Assembly: GCA_951406725.2 (NCBI GenBank)
Contig: OX597820.1
Location: 5,208,001-5,272,000, forward strand
Direction: 5' to 3'
DNA: 64,000 bases
Source of the DNA: Octopus vulgaris
Lineage: Eukaryota
Shown: piece after piece, positions 27,870-39,089 of the stretch
Numbering within the stretch: position 1 is the stretch's first letter
How the letters are laid out: the number at the start of each line of letters is the position of its first letter
Made by a program: the position numbers and the translations under genes
The notes under the pieces: model-generated
Told to the model about the DNA's origin: nothing
Database searches by the model: none
The model's input: only the letters and a program-made list of their open reading frames with translations

Positions 27870-28797
27870 GAGGAAATGAATTTCCTTTATTTTCTTCATG
27901 TGTTATGGTTCAAGCAATGCGGCCATGCTGGGGCACTACCATTTATATAAACCCCATAAAATAAATCTAAATGAATCTAATTAAATACTATAAATCCAAT
28001 GAAGACTAATTACAAATTAATCAGGAAAGGGACAACAAGAAATTTAAAATGTGCAAATCTTTGTTTGTACATGGTTGGTCTTCTAAGATGGCATCTGTCT
28101 CCCATTGGCCACTTGTAGATCGATAACATAGCCACATGGGCATATATTGTATGACACGATGTGTGTCACTCTCTAAAAATTCCATTCACTAACCAGGAAG
28201 ACAAAGATGATTGGAAGTTATGTGAAACGTACGACTTGTACCACGTGTCTGACTCCAAGACATTTCCGACTGAAGAATACTAAGAAATCCGTAGTAGGGA
28301 CTTGTTTGCGAATTTCTCATACTCCGAGTGATTTTTCTGCGGCTCCAGATACAACGCTGTATATTTCTGTATAATCCATCCATCCATCCATCCATCCATC
28401 CATGAATCCATCCATCCATCCATCCATCCATCCATCCATCCATGCATCCATGCATCCATCCATCCATCCATCCATCCATCCATCCATCCATCCATCCATC
28501 CATCAATGCATCCATCCATCCATCCGTACATACATATATACGTACGTATCAATACGTATGTACGTACATGTGTATGTATGTATGTATGTATGTATGTATG
28601 TATGTATGTATGTATGTATGTATGTATGTATGTATGTATGTGTGTATATATGTATGTGTGTATATATGTATTTAAGTATGTCTGTATGTGAGTATGTATG
28701 TAGATAGATAGGTAGATAGACAGATAGATAGATAGATATATGATAAAATACTAAGAAGAGGTTGGAAACTTCTCAAAACCTTTTTCATATACATACA

Positions 28798-28897
28798 NNN
28801 NNNNNNNNNNNNNNNNNNNNNNNNNNNNNNNNNNNNNNNNNNNNNNNNNNNNNNNNNNNNNNNNNNNNNNNNNNNNNNNNNNNNNNNNNNNNNNNNN
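28798..28897. other. Assembly gap (100 N)
   Basis: Run of 100 n. Confidence 0.99.
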
Positions 28898-29523
28898 ATA
28901 TTTGCGTGTGTGTGTGTGTGTATGTATGCATGCATATATGTATGTATATATAATATATCCAGAATTATATCGCTTTGTTCAGAGTACCAGGGACTCCAGA
29001 AAGGTAGTTGGTATTTCTAGCAGATTGGTCGAACATGGTGGCTTGTGTAGAAGTAATTGATATTGTTTAACACTAGATCAGCTCTCATCGGACATAAGAA
29101 TGATCTAGGGGCTTTCTATCATAGTAGGGCATGATATTAGCTATGATGGTCTGCTATTTCTTGCAAATGGAGTGTCCACCTAGAGGCTCCTCCCGCTGAA
29201 GAAATCGGTTCTGTCTGACTATCGGCAATAATCCAATAAACCAAGCAAAACTTCAATCAAACGTAGACTGGTTGTTTACCAAACCATTCTTGGTATTCAT
29301 ATCAACATTCCACCACACACACACATACACACATACACACACACACTACACACACACACACACACACACACTACACACACACACACCCGCCAAATACACT
29401 TCACATTGAAGGCCTACCTATACATGTGGTCACACACAGACGTATATATAGGGGCCACTTGTATTTTACACTGAAATTTACTTACACGTATGTAACTATA
29501 TACCAATATATACTCGTACATGC

Positions 29524-29560
<37 letters not shown>

Positions 29561-29621
29561 TACATACATACATACATACATACATACATACATACATACA
29601 TACATACATACATACATACAC

Positions 29622-29664
<43 letters not shown>

Positions 29665-29879
29665 GGTGCAGGTGTGTGGTAAGTAGCTTGCTTACCAACC
29701 AAATGATTCCGGGTTCGGTCCCACTGAACGTAAATATTTGAGTTACAGATATACCTGTATTTAACCATCTCACATCGTCTCTGACGAAGGAATATCCATC
29801 ATATCCCAGAAACAGCTTTTTCCTTATAAATGTCCTCAAAATCCCTCACACCCTTATCTTTGTTATCTCATTTTGTCTT

Positions 29880-29944
<65 letters not shown>

Positions 29945-30021
29945 TTTATATATATATATACATGTATATGAAAAAACAAGTCAAGATAGAAAATGCTAAA
30001 ATAATTTTATAAAGAACATTT

Positions 30022-30059
30022 CAGTACCGGTTTCAGTAATTTTGAGACCTTTTCAACTG
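30022..30059 (-). ncRNA. Degenerate minimal hammerhead-like motif with UUGAAAA core
   Basis: Minus strand CAG-TTGAAAA-GGT...ACT-GAAA-CCGG-TA-CTG; homolog at 33476-33513. Confidence 0.4.
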
Positions 30060-30264
30060 TAACAATTAAAAAATTAAATTTAGAAAAATTAAAAGAAAAG
30101 TTTTTTTAAAGGAATATTTGTATAGTGTTCAAATATAAGTGGCATTTTCCTTGTTTCTGCCTGTCTCTGTCTCTCCTGTTTACACTTTTCCAGGAAATCT
30201 ACGCTCCCAGCTTAGTTTTTCTAATGCTCATTGCTTAGTTTTTCTTGGAGGGCTGGCCGTGATC

Positions 30265-30327
30265 TAGTAATCTCAAGATTAATCAGCCGAAATTACTACG
30301 ATGATCCGGTTCTTGACTGAAGACTGA
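30265..30327 (+). ncRNA. Candidate non-circularly permuted (pseudoknotted) hammerhead
   Basis: TAGTAA-TC-TCAAGA-ttaatcagcc-GAAA-TTACTA-cgatgatccggt-TCTTGA-CTGAAGA. Confidence 0.62.
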
Positions 30328-30712
30328 GGGTTTCGAATGTCCTGTCCGTGTTTATTGTATCGTCTTCTAAGAATTATACGTTCTTGTCTATGTTGTATTT
30401 TTCTACATACCTTAACATATATTCCAGGCGCCACGTACCCTCTTAACATTAATGTGAGCACATATTCTTAATAACTGGTACGACTCTTTGTTTGTCTCTC
30501 TCTCTCTCTCACTTTTACTTGATCTGTCCCCTTCTCTCTCTACTCATCCTCTTTTTCTCTTCTCTTTCCTCTGATTCTTTGGTCTAATCTTCCACTACCC
30601 TCCTAATTCTTTGTCTCGCTCTGCACTCACAGGTCAATCTTCGACACCCATCCCTTCTCCTCTCTGATTCCTTCTTTCTCTCTCTTCTCTCTCTTTGTTG
30701 CGTTTGTCCCTC

Positions 30713-30749
<37 letters not shown>

Positions 30750-31136
30750 TCCGTTGCTTCTCTTTCTTTTCTTTTCTCTCTTCTCTGTCACGTGACTGCT
30801 GGCCGAAATCTGCCTTTCAGCTTCTGACCATCGTCGTGTTAACATCGTTGTTTTTCGTCCGCCGCTATAGGCATCGCCGATAAGGCTCCTTTCCTTGCGC
30901 CAGAGAAAAAATTTGTTTGCTTGTTATCAGTCGTAAGACACTTGTTGTTGTTTTCACCGTTAATGCTTCTGTATTTCATGTTTCTGTATTCCATTATTTT
31001 TTTGTTTTTTTATATTCGTCCCTTTTGCTGTCCTGGTGTCCGTATGCATTCGATCCTTCTTCCAGGAAATCTACGCTCCCAGCTTAGTTTTTCTAATGCT
31101 CGTTGCTTAGTTTTTCTTGGAGGGCTGGCCGTGATC

Positions 31137-31199
31137 TAGTAATCTCAAGATTAATCAGCCGAAATTACTACGATGATCCGGTTCTTGACTGAAGACTGA
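31137..31199 (+). ncRNA. Candidate non-circularly permuted hammerhead, second direct-repeat copy
   Basis: Identical to 30265-30327. Confidence 0.62.
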
Positions 31200-31316
31200 G
31201 GGTTTCAGAATGTCCTGTCCGTGTTTATTGTATCGTCTTCTAAGAGTTATACGTTCTTGTCCATGTTGTATTTTTCTACATACCTTAATATATATACATA
31301 CATATATATATATGTA

Positions 31317-31368
<52 letters not shown>

Positions 31369-31371
<3 letters not shown>

Positions 31372-31935
31372 TTGCGTCGGAAATTAATTAGCACTTCTCA
31401 AATTTCTACATTTTCTTACATTTTCTTAATTTAATTAACTTATTATCAGAAACGAACTCGTTTTTAATCAAAAATTTATTAAAACATATCCCAGCACACC
31501 ACATAATTGTTATTAATCGTGAAATTTAGTCAATATCTTGTTGCACCTCCTTTGGCAGCAATGACAGCTGCTACGCGGGTCGGCATGTTGTCTATGAGTG
31601 CCTGCAGGTACTGTGCAGGGATGGCCCCTCATGCAGCAAGAAGTGCCCCAAACAGCTCGTGTCGGTTCCTGTATTGCTGCACATTCAAATCCCTACCCAA
31701 TCGACTCCAGAGGTTCTCAATAGGGTTCAGGTCAGGTGACTGGCCAGCACGTACTCCTCGCCACCAAAGAGGTATCCCGTACTATCTCAACGTACTTTGC
31801 TGCGTTGATGTTGCCTTCGACGGCATAGAGCCGCCCAACACCACTGTAGCTGAACGCCCCTCACACCATCAGACCACTTCCACCATGCTTCATGGTGAGC
31901 AAATCAAGGGTGCTAATTAATTTCTGACGGTAGTG
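31369..31935 (-). mobile_element. Internally deleted Tc1-family DNA transposon
   Basis: TIRs CACTtgCGTCgGAAATTAATTAGCAC / GTGCTAATTAATTTCtGACGgtAGTG with TA flanks; minus-strand remnants KHGGSGLMV*GAFSYSGVGRL, SPDLNPIENLW and AVIAAKGGATRY*. Confidence 0.88.
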
Positions 31936-32130
31936 TATACATGCACACGCTCATGCAATAATATATAAATATTTATGAGAAAAAATCTACAGAGGGAGAA
32001 GAACATACTACCACCATGTTCTTCATGATGAAATTAACATCTCTGTCTATATATCTATCCTCTTTGTAATGTTGGCAGATGGAATAAGTATAAAAATGTG
32101 CATTGTCCGTTTAATTAAAAAATTCTATAT

Positions 32131-32213
32131 GTGGCTGAAGATTGCTCGACATTTTAAAACTGATGTAATACAGTGTTTAATAAAATTGAAGTAGCATGAA
32201 ACAATTGTACTGC
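32131..32213 (+). ncRNA. Type I hammerhead-like motif with extended stem II
   Basis: GTGG-CTGAAGA-tTGCT...AGCAt-GAAA-CAATTG-TA-CTGC; part of an element (about 32028-32250) homologous to about 4561-4785. Confidence 0.65.
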
Positions 32214-32715
32214 TCTACCTTGGATATCCTTGTTGCTTATTTTGATTAAATATACAAATATATACATATACTACACGCATATATAAATTCATAATTAACA
32301 TATATGCATACATACATATATATGTATATATACATTCACTCATTCATATATATATATACATCCATTATGCGTAACTCTACATCATTCATAATTACATCCA
32401 GTTATATATGCATATATACGTACATTTATACATCATCCCTGTAGACTTCTGAACAATTCAGCGATTATCGTACTAGTTCATATATCTGTTTATCTATCTA
32501 TCAGCCTTCCCGCCTGCCTGACTGCCTGACTGTCTGCCTGGTCGTCCGTTCAGCTCTCTGTCTGCCCGTCCGTCTCTCCGTCTGTCTGTCTTCTGTTAAT
32601 CCATATCTGCATTTCTGTACATATCGTGCGGATGCATACATATATACATTCATATAAACGTGAGGTGGTGTGTATAAAGGTATTTGGTATATATATCTAT
32701 ATATCTATATATCTA

Positions 32716-32755
<40 letters not shown>

Positions 32756-32757
<2 letters not shown>

Positions 32758-33159
32758 CGCAGGAGTGGCTGTGTGGTAAGTAGCTTGCTAACCAACCACA
32801 TGGTTCTGGGTTCAGTCCCACTGCGTGGCATCTTGGGCAAGTGTCTTTTGCTATAGCCCCGGGCCGACCAGTGTCTTGTGAGTGGATTTGGTAGACGGAA
32901 ACTGAAAGAAGCCTGTCGTATATATGTATATATATATGTGTTTGTGTGTCTGTGTTTGTACCCCTAGCATTGCTTGACAACCGATGCTGGTGTGTTTACG
33001 TCCCCATCACTTAGCGTTTCGGCAAAAGAGACTGATAGAATAAGTACTGGGCTTACAAAGAATAAGTCCCGGGGTCGAGTTGCTCGACTAAAGGCGGAGC
33101 TCCAGCATGGCCGCAGTCAAATGACTGAAAGAAGTAAAAGAGAGTAAAAGAGTAAAAGA
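32756..33159 (+). mobile_element. Full-length tRNA-headed SINE, family S1
   Basis: GGCGCAGGAGTGGCTGTGTGG head, GGTTCAGTCCC B-box-like motif, internal TA/TG microsatellite, tail ending (GAGTAAAA)n; several copies in the window. Confidence 0.9.
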
Positions 33160-33475
33160 ATATATATATATATATATATATATATAGGTACATTGTGTAT
33201 ATATAAATATAAATATATCATATAATATATATATATGTGTGTGTGTGTGTGTGTATTCTTCTCCTCCCTCGGATGCTCCTGCTTATACCATCAATTTTCT
33301 GTACCCAAAATATTCCTTCAGGTTTACTACTACCCACCTATTCACAAAGAAAGACAGAGTGTGTGTGTGTGTGAGAGAGAGAGAGACAGATTATATGAAG
33401 ACTATGGAAATATTTACCTATCTAAAGATTACGGAAATATCTACAAAAAAATTAATTGTTTTTCTTGTTTTACTC

Positions 33476-33513
33476 TTAGTTGAATAAGTCTAAAAGTTGG
33501 AAACCGGTACTAA
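33476..33513 (+). ncRNA. Degenerate minimal hammerhead-like motif (UUGAAUA core)
   Basis: TTAG-TTGAATA-...-GAAA-CCGG-TA-CTAA; downstream ATAAAATTATTTTAG shared with the 30022 copy. Confidence 0.35.
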
Positions 33514-33561
33514 AATGTACTCATGATAAAATTATTTTAGTATTTTCTTGTCTTATTTGCC

Positions 33562-33691
<130 letters not shown>

Positions 33692-33747
33692 CGTCTGTGT
33701 GCAGCCCAGTGTGGCTAATAAATAAACATATCTATCTATATCTATCC

Positions 33748-33875
<128 letters not shown>

Positions 33876-34100
33876 GCTAATACGATATATATATGTTTAT
33901 ATGTAATTATATATATAAATAGGCGCAGGAGTGGCTGTGTGGTAAGTAGCTTGCTAACCAACCACATGGTTCCGGTTTCAGTCCCACTGCGTGGCATCTT
34001 GGGCAAGTGTCTTCTGCTATAGCCCCGGGCCGACCAATGCCTTGTGAGTGGATTTGGTAGACGGAAACTGAAAGAAGCCTGTCGTATATATGTATATATA

Positions 34101-35372
34101 CGGGGTCAGGCAAAATGATCTGACACATTTGTAGGCTAAATAAAAGGCATTGTTTTTCGTTTCTTTTTCAGTTGCTGCCATGAATTGGACTGGTGAGCAT
34201 CGCGCTTTCATTGTGGAAACGTTTATCAAAACAAACGATTCTGTAACTGTAACACAAAGAGCGTTCCGTTTGCACTTCAATCTTGGTAGACATGATCCCG
34301 TACCAGCTCGAAACACGATCTTGTTATGGGTTACCAACTTCAGAGCTACTGGATCTGCATTGAAACGAAAATCAACCGGCCGACCTCGCACCGCCAGAAC
34401 TCCAGAAAATGTGGCAGCAGTAAGAGCTTCAGTTCAACAGTCTCCACGCCGTTCCACATTTAAACGCGCCCAGGCTCTTAGACTTTCCGAAAGAAGTTTG
34501 CGAAGAATTCTTCACAATGATCTTCAAATGCATCCATACAAAATGATGTTGGCACAAGAACTCAGCGAAAGAGACATTGAAACTCGCAGAGCATTGTGTT
34601 TGGAAATTCAACAACATGTCCCCCATGCAGCAGTTGTGTTGTTGAGTGACGAGGCACATTTTCACCTGTGTGGCACAGTGAATAAGCAAAACTTCAGATA
34701 CTGGGCCGAGAACAACCCTCGTGAGCTGCATGAACGCCCTTTGCATTGTCCTCGGGTGACTGTATGGTGTGCTGTGGCAGAATTCGGTATATGGGGTCCG
34801 GACTTCTTCGAAGAAGACAACGTTACAGTGACTGTGAACTCTGATCGATATTGTGAGATGCTAGAGACTTTTCTCAGACCAAAATTGAATATGCTCCACG
34901 ATATGGACAATGTTTGGTTTCAACAGGATGGGGCAACAGCCCACACTTCTCGGCGTGCGATGGGGATTTTGAGGAATATGTTCCCTGGTCATTTGATCTC
35001 ATTGCGTGGTGACATCGGTTGGCCCGCCCGTTCACCTGATTTAAATCCTGTGCGATTTTTACTCTGGGGATATCTCAAGTCAAAGGTATACATTAATCGC
35101 CCTCGATCTATTGAACAACTTAAAGATGCAATTCGTCAAGAAATTACTGCCATTCCACATGAAATGACCCGCCGAGTTATTGACAACTTTCGTGAACGTC
35201 TTCGACAGTGTGTGGACAATAATGGATCCCATTTGACTGATTTAATTTTAAAACATAATGAAACAAAATGGCATTATATGTACTTTTCAAAAATAAAAAC
35301 ACTTTTTGTTTCTTTACTTCATTTGCCTTTTACTTAACCTACACATTTGTCAGATCATTTTGCCTGACCCTG
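34101..35372 (+). mobile_element. Tc1/mariner superfamily transposon, DD41D (rosa/Visitor-type)
   Basis: About 49-bp imperfect TIRs (CGGGGTCAGGCAAAATGATCTGACA... / ...TGTCAGATCATTTTGCCTGACCCTG), TA at 34099-34100 and 35373-35374, 1272 bp long. Confidence 0.95.
34180..35337 (+). CDS. DD41D-type transposase, probably defective in this copy
   Basis: ATG at 34180 (MNWTGEHRAF); motifs LSDEAHF, FQQDGATAH, WPARSPDLNP; 41 residues separate D2 from the expected D3 position, which here reads R; C-terminus reads through into the TIR. Confidence 0.88.
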   Translation: MNWTGEHRAFIVETFIKTNDSVTVTQRAFRLHFNLGRHDPVPARNTILLWVTNFRATGSALKRKSTGRPRTARTPENVAAVRASVQQSPRRSTFKRAQALRLSERSLRRILHNDLQMHPYKMMLAQELSERDIETRRALCLEIQQHVPHAAVVLLSDEAHFHLCGTVNKQNFRYWAENNPRELHERPLHCPRVTVWCAVAEFGIWGPDFFEEDNVTVTVNSDRYCEMLETFLRPKLNMLHDMDNVWFQQDGATAHTSRRAMGILRNMFPGHLISLRGDIGWPARSPDLNPVRFLLWGYLKSKVYINRPRSIEQLKDAIRQEITAIPHEMTRRVIDNFRERLRQCVDNNGSHLTDLILKHNETKWHYMYFSKIKTLFVSLLHLPFT

Positions 35373-35729
35373 TATATAAGTGTGTGTGTATATGTTTGTG
35401 TGTCTGTGTTTGTCCCCCTAGCATTGCTTGACAACCGATGCTGGTGTGTTTACGTCCCCATCACTTAGCGGTTCGGCAAAACAAACCGATAGAATAAGTA
35501 CTGGGCTTACAAAGAATAAGTCCCGGAGTCGATTTGCTCGACTAAAGGCGGTGCTCCAGCATGGCCGCAGTCAAATGACTGAAACAAGTAAAAGAGTAAA
35601 AGAGTAAATGTGGAACAAAAACGCAATAGAGTACAATAAAACATTCAGAGAGATAGACGATACATGGCGAGCAAGAGAAACAACAATTAGAATGTTAGGC
35701 AAAGAAAAATATGGGTCATTCGTGGTTTT

Positions 35730-35788
35730 CTTTCCTCAGTCAAGTCCCAGAAGTCATGACCGTTTCGAGCAGTTACACTTGAGACGGT
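35730..35788 (-). ncRNA. Candidate non-circularly permuted hammerhead
   Basis: Minus strand ACCG-TC-TCAAGT-gtaactgctc-GAAA-CGGT-catgacttctggg-ACTTGA-CTGAGGA. Confidence 0.62.
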
Positions 35789-36429
35789 AGCATTTGATTG
35801 CTCCCCGCCAAAAGCCTAATTTAAGAACGTTAGACCCCTTTGTAAAAAAAAGGTAGCGATTGTGTACGGCAACAAAGACTAAAAACTGAGAACTTTGTAC
35901 ACAAAAAGACGAAAAATGGAGAACAAGGTACACAATTACGAAGACAAACAAGTAAATAGCAACGGGTGTCTTTCGATTGAGAACAAATCACATATACACG
36001 TATAGACATATACGTACATACATATATTCATATATATATATATGTGTGTGTGTGTGTGAGTCTATGTATAAAACAAAACAGGAGAATGGAAATATTTTAG
36101 TATTATTTATTCGCCATTATACTAGTTTCATTTGCTCATAAGAATTCCAGATATTTACAGGTTATATAGACACGTAAGGAATTCCCTATTAGAAATTCGA
36201 TAGACTGAAGAAAAAATTTATAATAAAAACTTTTCTATATTGCAATATATAATATTTTTTGTTCCTGTGTGTGGTGAATATCTTATAGGAAATTGTTTAC
36301 ATGTCTACCTAACATGTAAATCTTTGTAATTCCTATTAGCGAATGAAACATATGTAATGGGAAATTGATGATACCACAAATTTCCGCTTTCCTCTTTACA
36401 TATACAATAACTCTGCAAATAATATTTAC

Positions 36430-36473
<44 letters not shown>

Positions 36474-36563
36474 TTAGATACAAAACCACTCTTTTGCAAA
36501 TCAAACAAAGAAAGACTTAATCCAATACATAAAAAAATTTAATATTAAATAAAATAAAATTCG

Positions 36564-36609
36564 CCACTACAATTGTTTCATGTCTCTTCAAAGGACATTC
36601 ATCAGGTGG
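36564..36609 (-). ncRNA. Type I minimal hammerhead ribozyme in PLE 3' region
   Basis: Minus strand CCAC-CTGATGA-ATGTC-ctttgaaga-GACAT-GAAA-CAATTG-TA-GTGG; complete canonical core, same strand as and about 194 nt downstream of the GIY-YIG stop. Confidence 0.85.
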
Positions 36610-36802
36610 ATTTCAGATCAGACTCAATTATATATTAATATACATTACTAATAAATTAATTAATACAAAGAAATACCATTTATAGCCTAACTATAATTAA
36701 AACCTAAACTACATAACTAAAAAATTATAATGGTATTCTAAACACATAAAATTTATATAGAATAACCTTTAATAGGGAGTTATTAATGTTATTAAATAAT
36801 TA

Positions 36803-37635
36803 TTATTTATCATGAAACTTATTATATAGGTAAAGTAACCTATGTCTGCATTTTATTTTGCGCTCTTCACCTGTATTAAGTAAATTATCATACTTATAAA
36901 ATAAAATTTCCTTAAACTCATTAGAGCATAAATAACAAAAATTCGCTCCTATAGTATATGATTTGGTTTTACAAATTATTTCCCAAGATAAATTATAATT
37001 AATATTTTGTGATTTAAGTCTCCAAATGTACTTACTAAGTCCAGTGGAGTTGATTAAGTTTTTATTTTTAAAAGAATTCAGATGTTGTGCGATTCTTAAT
37101 TTTATTTTAGAGGAAGTAGACCCTATATAAATCGCTTTTGGGTAATTATTATTCTTAAAGTTATTATCATGTAATGTAACTATACATTTATACACTACAT
37201 CGTTAATATCGCATTTATTATTTAATTTACATTTAGATTTATCTCTACAAGTACAATTAATATATGTCTTATCTTTATTATCTTTATTATTAGTATTATT
37301 AAATAATTTATTTTTATAAAAATTATTCAGTTTAAATTTATTAAATGAAGAAATAATGTTACCTACATTATTAGTGGTGGAATAATCTACTCCAAAATTA
37401 TTACTAGAGAAAATATTTTTTTATTTACGATTGTCTCTAATAAATAGTTCGATAATATCTAAAATCTCTTTAATAATATTCGTTTTAACTTGATCACCAT
37501 AAGGAACTATTAGCCAAATTTTATTCTTATTTACCTTATTATTATAACTGTCATTATTATTATTATTGTATTTATAATTCTTTATCATATTAAAATTATT
37601 ATCAGAATTATATCTATGTACAGCATTTAAGGAAT
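36803..37635 (-). pseudogene. Penelope-like retroelement (Naiad-like) linker plus GIY-YIG endonuclease remnant, 5'-truncated
   Basis: One frame with a single premature TAA (37421-37423): [16 protein letters not shown]...KNIF...YS..N, CTCRDKSKCKLNNKC, VVYKC...IYIGST...RIAQH..SF, TGLSKYIWRLK, CYLC..E, LLN...CRH. Confidence 0.85.
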
Positions 37636-37667
<32 letters not shown>

Positions 37668-37861
37668 TATACGTATATATATGTAGATATATATATATAT
37701 ACACACATATATATACATATATATATGTATATATATACATATATACATACATATATATATAGATACATATATATATATATATATACATATATATATAATA
37801 TATATATGTATACATATATACATATATATATACATATATACATATACGTATATATATATGC

Positions 37862-37894
<33 letters not shown>

Positions 37895-37904
37895 TATATA
37901 TATG

Positions 37905-37986
<82 letters not shown>

Positions 37987-38233
37987 ATGGATCAGGATTC
38001 AAGGAGCACCAATGGTCATAGAATCACGGAGATGCACATGCTGTTGGCTTTTGAATGTTTTTGAATGTTTTGGTTCATGTATTCACCTGACGATAATATT
38101 CGTTGTAAACAGCAGTAGTGGATTGATACATTATCCGTCTGTTGTTATTGATATATCTATACACACCAACACGCACACACACAAATATATATACATACAT
38201 ATATATACATATATACATACCTATATATACACA

Positions 38234-38396
38234 GGCGCAGGCGTGGTCGTGTGATAAAAAACTTGCTTCTCAACCACATGGCTCCGGGTTCAGTCCCACT
38301 GTGTGACACTCTGGTCAAGTGTGCTCTACTATAGCCTCGGGCCGACCAAAGCCTTGTGAATGGATTTGGTAGACGGAAACTGAAAGAAGCCCGTCG

Positions 38397-38461
<65 letters not shown>

Positions 38462-38630
38462 CTGTTTGTCCTCCACCATCTCTTGACAACTGATGTTGGT
38501 GTGTTTACGTCTCCGTAACTTAGCGGTTCAGCACAAGAGACGGATAGAATAAGTACTAGGCTTCCAAATAATATGTCCTGAGGCCGAATTGATCGACTAA
38601 AGGCGGCGCTCCAGGATGGCTGCAATCAAA
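38234..38630 (+). mobile_element. SINE family S1
   Basis: Colinear with 32756-33159. Confidence 0.87.
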
Positions 38631-39089
38631 TTGTGACATAGAAAGTTTTGTATTTTATTGAAAATATAGCAATACTTATAAGCGTTCCAAATTGTAGCAG
38701 AAGCGCAGAAACCACAGCGCATGCGTGGCTTTGCCGTGTAGGTCGACTCCAGTCCTTCATTGTTACTTTATCGACCCCGATTGGATGAAAAGCTGAGTCA
38801 AACTTAGCACCATTTGAACTTAGAACGCAAAGCCATAATCCATTTTATTTTTTTTATGTTAAACCGATACAGGTTTCACATAAGAAGCTTGTTTCCCAAA
38901 CACATGGTTCCGGGTTCAGTCCCACCGTGTAGCATCTTGGACATGTATCTTCTACTATAGCGTCGGGCTGAACATGAGACTCGAACTCACATTCCTGTGA
39001 TTACGCATCAAGTGCTTTACCATTAAGCTAAACACCCCAACGACAAATTCTTTTGCAAATTTAAGATATATAAATCTAGTATTATAAGA

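Larger units (their letters stand above)
30188..31288 (+). mobile_element. Non-coding element bounded by about 228-bp direct repeats (pLTR-like)
   Basis: 30188-30415 and 31060-31288 are near-identical (offset 872); CT-rich interior; (TA)n follows. Confidence 0.8.
33922..35608 (+). mobile_element. S1 SINE split by the mariner insertion
   Basis: Head 33922-34100 and tail 35373-35608 join to give a sequence colinear with the intact copy at 58242-58651. Confidence 0.9.

Noticed and set aside
30317-30345. Conventional type III hammerhead using the downstream CGAAU as the GAAA strand
   Set aside because: GAAU breaks the A15.1-U16.1 pair and the following bases do not complement the UH strand, whereas the internal GAAA strand pairs and covaries in all copies.
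36803-37635. Selenocysteine recoding as reported for some Naiad PLEs
   Set aside because: The only in-frame stop is TAA, and the conserved Cys codons are TGT/TGC; no in-frame TGA in this fragment.
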